Below are positions 52,386 to 54,408 of a stretch of 54,408 bases of DNA, one piece after another. Source of the stretch: an uncultured Actinomycetes bacterium. Its GTDB lineage: Bacteria; Actinomycetota; Geothermincolia; Geothermincolales; RBG-13-55-18. The notes below the pieces were generated by a model. That model searched no databases. It was given only the letters and a program-made list of their open reading frames with translations, and was not told the DNA's origin. Position numbers and translations under genes: made by a program. Within the stretch, counting starts at the first letter, position 1. Each line of letters starts with the position of its first letter. Where the stretch lies: positions 1 to 54,408 of the forward strand of contig CAKZMC010000198.1 of NCBI GenBank assembly GCA_937128055.1. The letters are read 5' to 3'.

Positions 52386-54209
52386 ATGAAAGGGCTCACT
52401 CGGTGGCAAACGGGCATGATAACACCGCTGGTGACCTTCTTCCTGATGCTGGCCGTGCTGCTTCCTGCAGGCTTTGCGGGAGGGACGGCGGCGGCGGCGG
52501 TGAACGTCACCGCGGAAGAGGCGCGCATGGTGGAGCTGGTGAACCGGGCGCGTAACGACGCCGGTCTGCCCTCCCTGTACATCGAACAGCAGCTCACCGA
52601 CTTCGCGCGCTCCTACTCCAGCGAGATGATCCAGTACAATTTCTTCGGGCACGTGTCGCCGGTCTCCGGCACCCTGCAGCAGCGCATCGCGGCCCGGGGC
52701 ATAACCGGGTGGACCCTGGCCGGGGAGAATATCGCCAAGGCACCCAACGTGGACGTGGCCTTCCAGGCCCTCATGAACAGCGCTTCCCACCGCGCGAACA
52801 TCATGCGGCCGGAGTTCAACTGCATAGGCGTGGGCGTGGTGCGCGGGCCGGACGGCCTCTACATCACCCAGGAGTTCATGCGTTTCTCCAATGTCCCCTC
52901 GACCGCGGAGCGGCCGGGGACGGTTGGCGTGGCGCCGCCTGCGGGCTCCTCCAACGCCTTTGATACCTACGTGCTCCTCATGAACCCCAACGACCAGGCC
53001 ACCGCGGTCCGCGTTACCTTCCAGGGAGAGGACGGCAGCAACAAGACGTTCCGCTATACCGTGGGAGCCTTCTCCCGCTGCACCATACCCATGAGGGACA
53101 CGGCGGGTAGGGGGAGCTTCGCGGTGCAGGTGAGCAGCGACCTTCCCGTCCTGGCCGAGCGCGCCATGTACTTCGACTTCAACGGGAAGAAAGGGGGATC
53201 GGATTCCATCGGCACGCCGGCGCCCTCCACTACCTGGTACTTCGCCGAAGGCTACACCGGCGATAGTTTCGATACCTGGGTGGTGCTCCAGAACCCCAAC
53301 TACGCTACGACGGCGGCGACCTTGAGCTTCATGCGCCAGGACGGGCAGGTGATCATCCGCCAGGTATCCATCGGGCCCCGGCAGCGCGCCACGGTGCACG
53401 TGGACGAGATACCGGGGCTGGAGGCGGCAGACGTCTCCACCCGGGTGGTCTCCGACCTGCCCGTGGTGGCCGAGCGCGCCATGTACTTTAACTACGACGG
53501 CAAGGATGGGGGCCATGCATCCATCGGCACGCCGGCGCCCTCCGACACCTGGTATTTCGCGGAGGGCTACACCGGCGAGAGCTTCGACACCTGGGTGTGC
53601 CTGCTGAACCCCAACGACGCGCCGACGGCGGCGACCCTGAGCTTCATGCGCTCGGACGGGCAGGTGATCAACCGCCAGGTATCCATCGGGGCCCAGCAGC
53701 GCGCCACGGTGCACGTGGACGAGATACCGGGGCTGGAGGCGGCAGACGTCTCCACCCGGGTGGTCTCCGACCTGCCCGTGGTGGCCGAGCGCGCCATGTA
53801 TTTCAACTACCGGGGGCGGGGGGGAGGCCACTGCACCATCGGCGCCTCGAGCCTCAAGCCCGAATGGTACCTGCCGGAGGGATATACGGGCGAGGAGTTC
53901 GACGAGTACGTGCTCTTCCTCAACCCCCACAACGAGGCGGTCGCGGTGCGCGTGGTCTTCATGCGCCCCGACGGGATGCGGGTGGAGCGGCAGATAACCA
54001 TAGCTCCCCACTCGCGCAGCACCATCCATGTCGACGAGGTGGAGGGGCTGCAGTCCACGGAGGTCAGCACCCAGGTGAACTCCTCTCTCCCCATCGTGGT
54101 GGAGCTGGCCGAGTACTTCAAGTACCGGGGGAAGTGCGACGGCAACAGCAGCGTCGGGGCAAACCAGCCCTCCACCGCCTGGTACTTCGCCGAGGGTTGC
54201 GTGCTCTGA
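52386..54209 (+). CDS. Secreted CAP/SCP (YkwD-like) domain protein with four permuted WYFAEG-type repeats
   Basis: Start at ATG 52386 behind GGGGGAG (the ORF opens at TTG 52350). Signal/TM segment ITPLVTFFLMLAVLLPAGFAGG. CAP domain (VNRARNDAGLP...GHVSP...GENIA...NSASHRANIM...IGVG). The repeat region ends ...STAWYFAEGCVL. Confidence 0.85.
   Translation: MKGLTRWQTGMITPLVTFFLMLAVLLPAGFAGGTAAAAVNVTAEEARMVELVNRARNDAGLPSLYIEQQLTDFARSYSSEMIQYNFFGHVSPVSGTLQQRIAARGITGWTLAGENIAKAPNVDVAFQALMNSASHRANIMRPEFNCIGVGVVRGPDGLYITQEFMRFSNVPSTAERPGTVGVAPPAGSSNAFDTYVLLMNPNDQATAVRVTFQGEDGSNKTFRYTVGAFSRCTIPMRDTAGRGSFAVQVSSDLPVLAERAMYFDFNGKKGGSDSIGTPAPSTTWYFAEGYTGDSFDTWVVLQNPNYATTAATLSFMRQDGQVIIRQVSIGPRQRATVHVDEIPGLEAADVSTRVVSDLPVVAERAMYFNYDGKDGGHASIGTPAPSDTWYFAEGYTGESFDTWVCLLNPNDAPTAATLSFMRSDGQVINRQVSIGAQQRATVHVDEIPGLEAADVSTRVVSDLPVVAERAMYFNYRGRGGGHCTIGASSLKPEWYLPEGYTGEEFDEYVLFLNPHNEAVAVRVVFMRPDGMRVERQITIAPHSRSTIHVDEVEGLQSTEVSTQVNSSLPIVVELAEYFKYRGKCDGNSSVGANQPSTAWYFAEGCVL
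52960..54206 (+). repeat. Four tandem coding repeats (period 315 nt) of the same module as 2500-3746
   Basis: FDT(Y/W)V.L.NPN...R.T(I/V)HVDE(I/V).GL...LP(V/I)(L/V)(A/V)E(R/L)A(M/E)YF...WY(F/L)(A/P)EG(Y/C). Units 2 and 3 share a 105-nt perfect identity (53381-53485 = 53696-53800). Confidence 0.95.
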
Positions 54210-54228
54210 CCGGTTGAAGGACATCATA

Positions 54229-54260
54229 GAGGGGCCGCACGGTTCCGGCCGCGCGGCCCC
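54229..54260 (+). terminator. GC-rich hairpin after the CAP-repeat gene (weak terminator candidate)
   Basis: AGGGGCCGC...GCGGCCCCT 9-bp stem, 20 nt after the stop. No clear U-tract. Confidence 0.35.
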
Positions 54261-54296
54261 TTCGCATACAAGTGTCAACACTTCGGGGCCAGGCCT

Positions 54297-54408
54297 CATT
54301 CGTTACCTTTTATAGGACCAAGGGGGACGCTCCGCCCCTCCCCAGACATACTTTGGGGTCAAACCGCGTTCATGTCTGAGAGGGGTCGTTCCTGGGGATG
54401 GAGGGCGT
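54297..54408 (+). repeat. Structured intergenic repeat, copy 3 (truncated by the window edge)
   Basis: CATTCGTTACCTTTTATAGGACCAAGGG...CCCCTCCCCAGACATACTTTGGGGTCAAACCGCGTTCATGTCTGAGAGGGG... is nearly identical to 14457-14566. Confidence 0.9.

Noticed and set aside
51158-54209. Sortase plus adjacent secreted repeat protein as a sortase-substrate pair.
   Set aside because: Neither repeat protein ends with an LPXTG/LAXTG motif followed by a hydrophobic segment and basic tail. They end ...WYFAEGCVL and ...MYFVMIRGY. No sorting-signal substrate is visible in the window.

Overview
High-GC bacterial chromosomal segment, roughly two-thirds G+C by eye. It has AGGAGG-type ribosome-binding sites, dense coding and many long antisense shadow ORFs. 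The gene content suggests a monoderm, possibly deep-branching Actinomycetota-like organism, but this is inference only: class E-like sortase, no ftsA, L,D-transpeptidases.

Core of the window (29.6-47.35 kb): a complete division/cell-wall (dcw) cluster in the ancestral order mraZ-rsmH-ftsL-ftsI-murE-murF-mraY-murD-ftsW-murG-murC-murB-ddl-ftsQ-(no ftsA)-ftsZ. A phased (A/G)TGG operator-like array overlaps its promoter. Many junctions are ATGA/GTGA overlaps, and a clean intrinsic terminator follows ftsZ.

Left of the cluster, in order:
- two L,D-transpeptidases
- a class II photolyase downstream of a DUF523-DUF1722 gene
- a PAS-GGDEF cyclase
- a Na/Pi-PhoU transporter
- tRNA-Gln and tRNA-Glu
- two decayed genes carrying in-frame stops
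- a DUF853 ATPase, a C-N hydrolase, a methyltransferase, a GH3 glycosidase and a split B12 acyl-CoA mutase
- an 8-gene co-directional string mixing hisG/hisC with a degenerate GGDEF protein, a phosphoesterase, a 2-hydroxyacid dehydrogenase and two GT-A glycosyltransferases

Right of the cluster: a radical-SAM/DUF2344/RNase G triad, a sortase and a CAP-domain secreted protein.

Most notable non-routine signals:
1. An uncharacterised ~105-aa WYFAEG...NP...AERAMYF repeat module occurs four-fold on two different secreted cell-wall enzyme heads. The two arrays are circularly permuted relative to each other, and each carries a perfectly identical DNA patch.
2. A family of structured double-hairpin intergenic repeats occurs at three loci.
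3. A 567-bp AT-rich non-coding gap sits exactly where ftsA normally lies.
4. A ~540-nt structured non-coding region precedes the CAP gene.

No CRISPR array, transposase, integrase, prophage or recognisable defence system was seen. Most of the window is ordinary housekeeping DNA.
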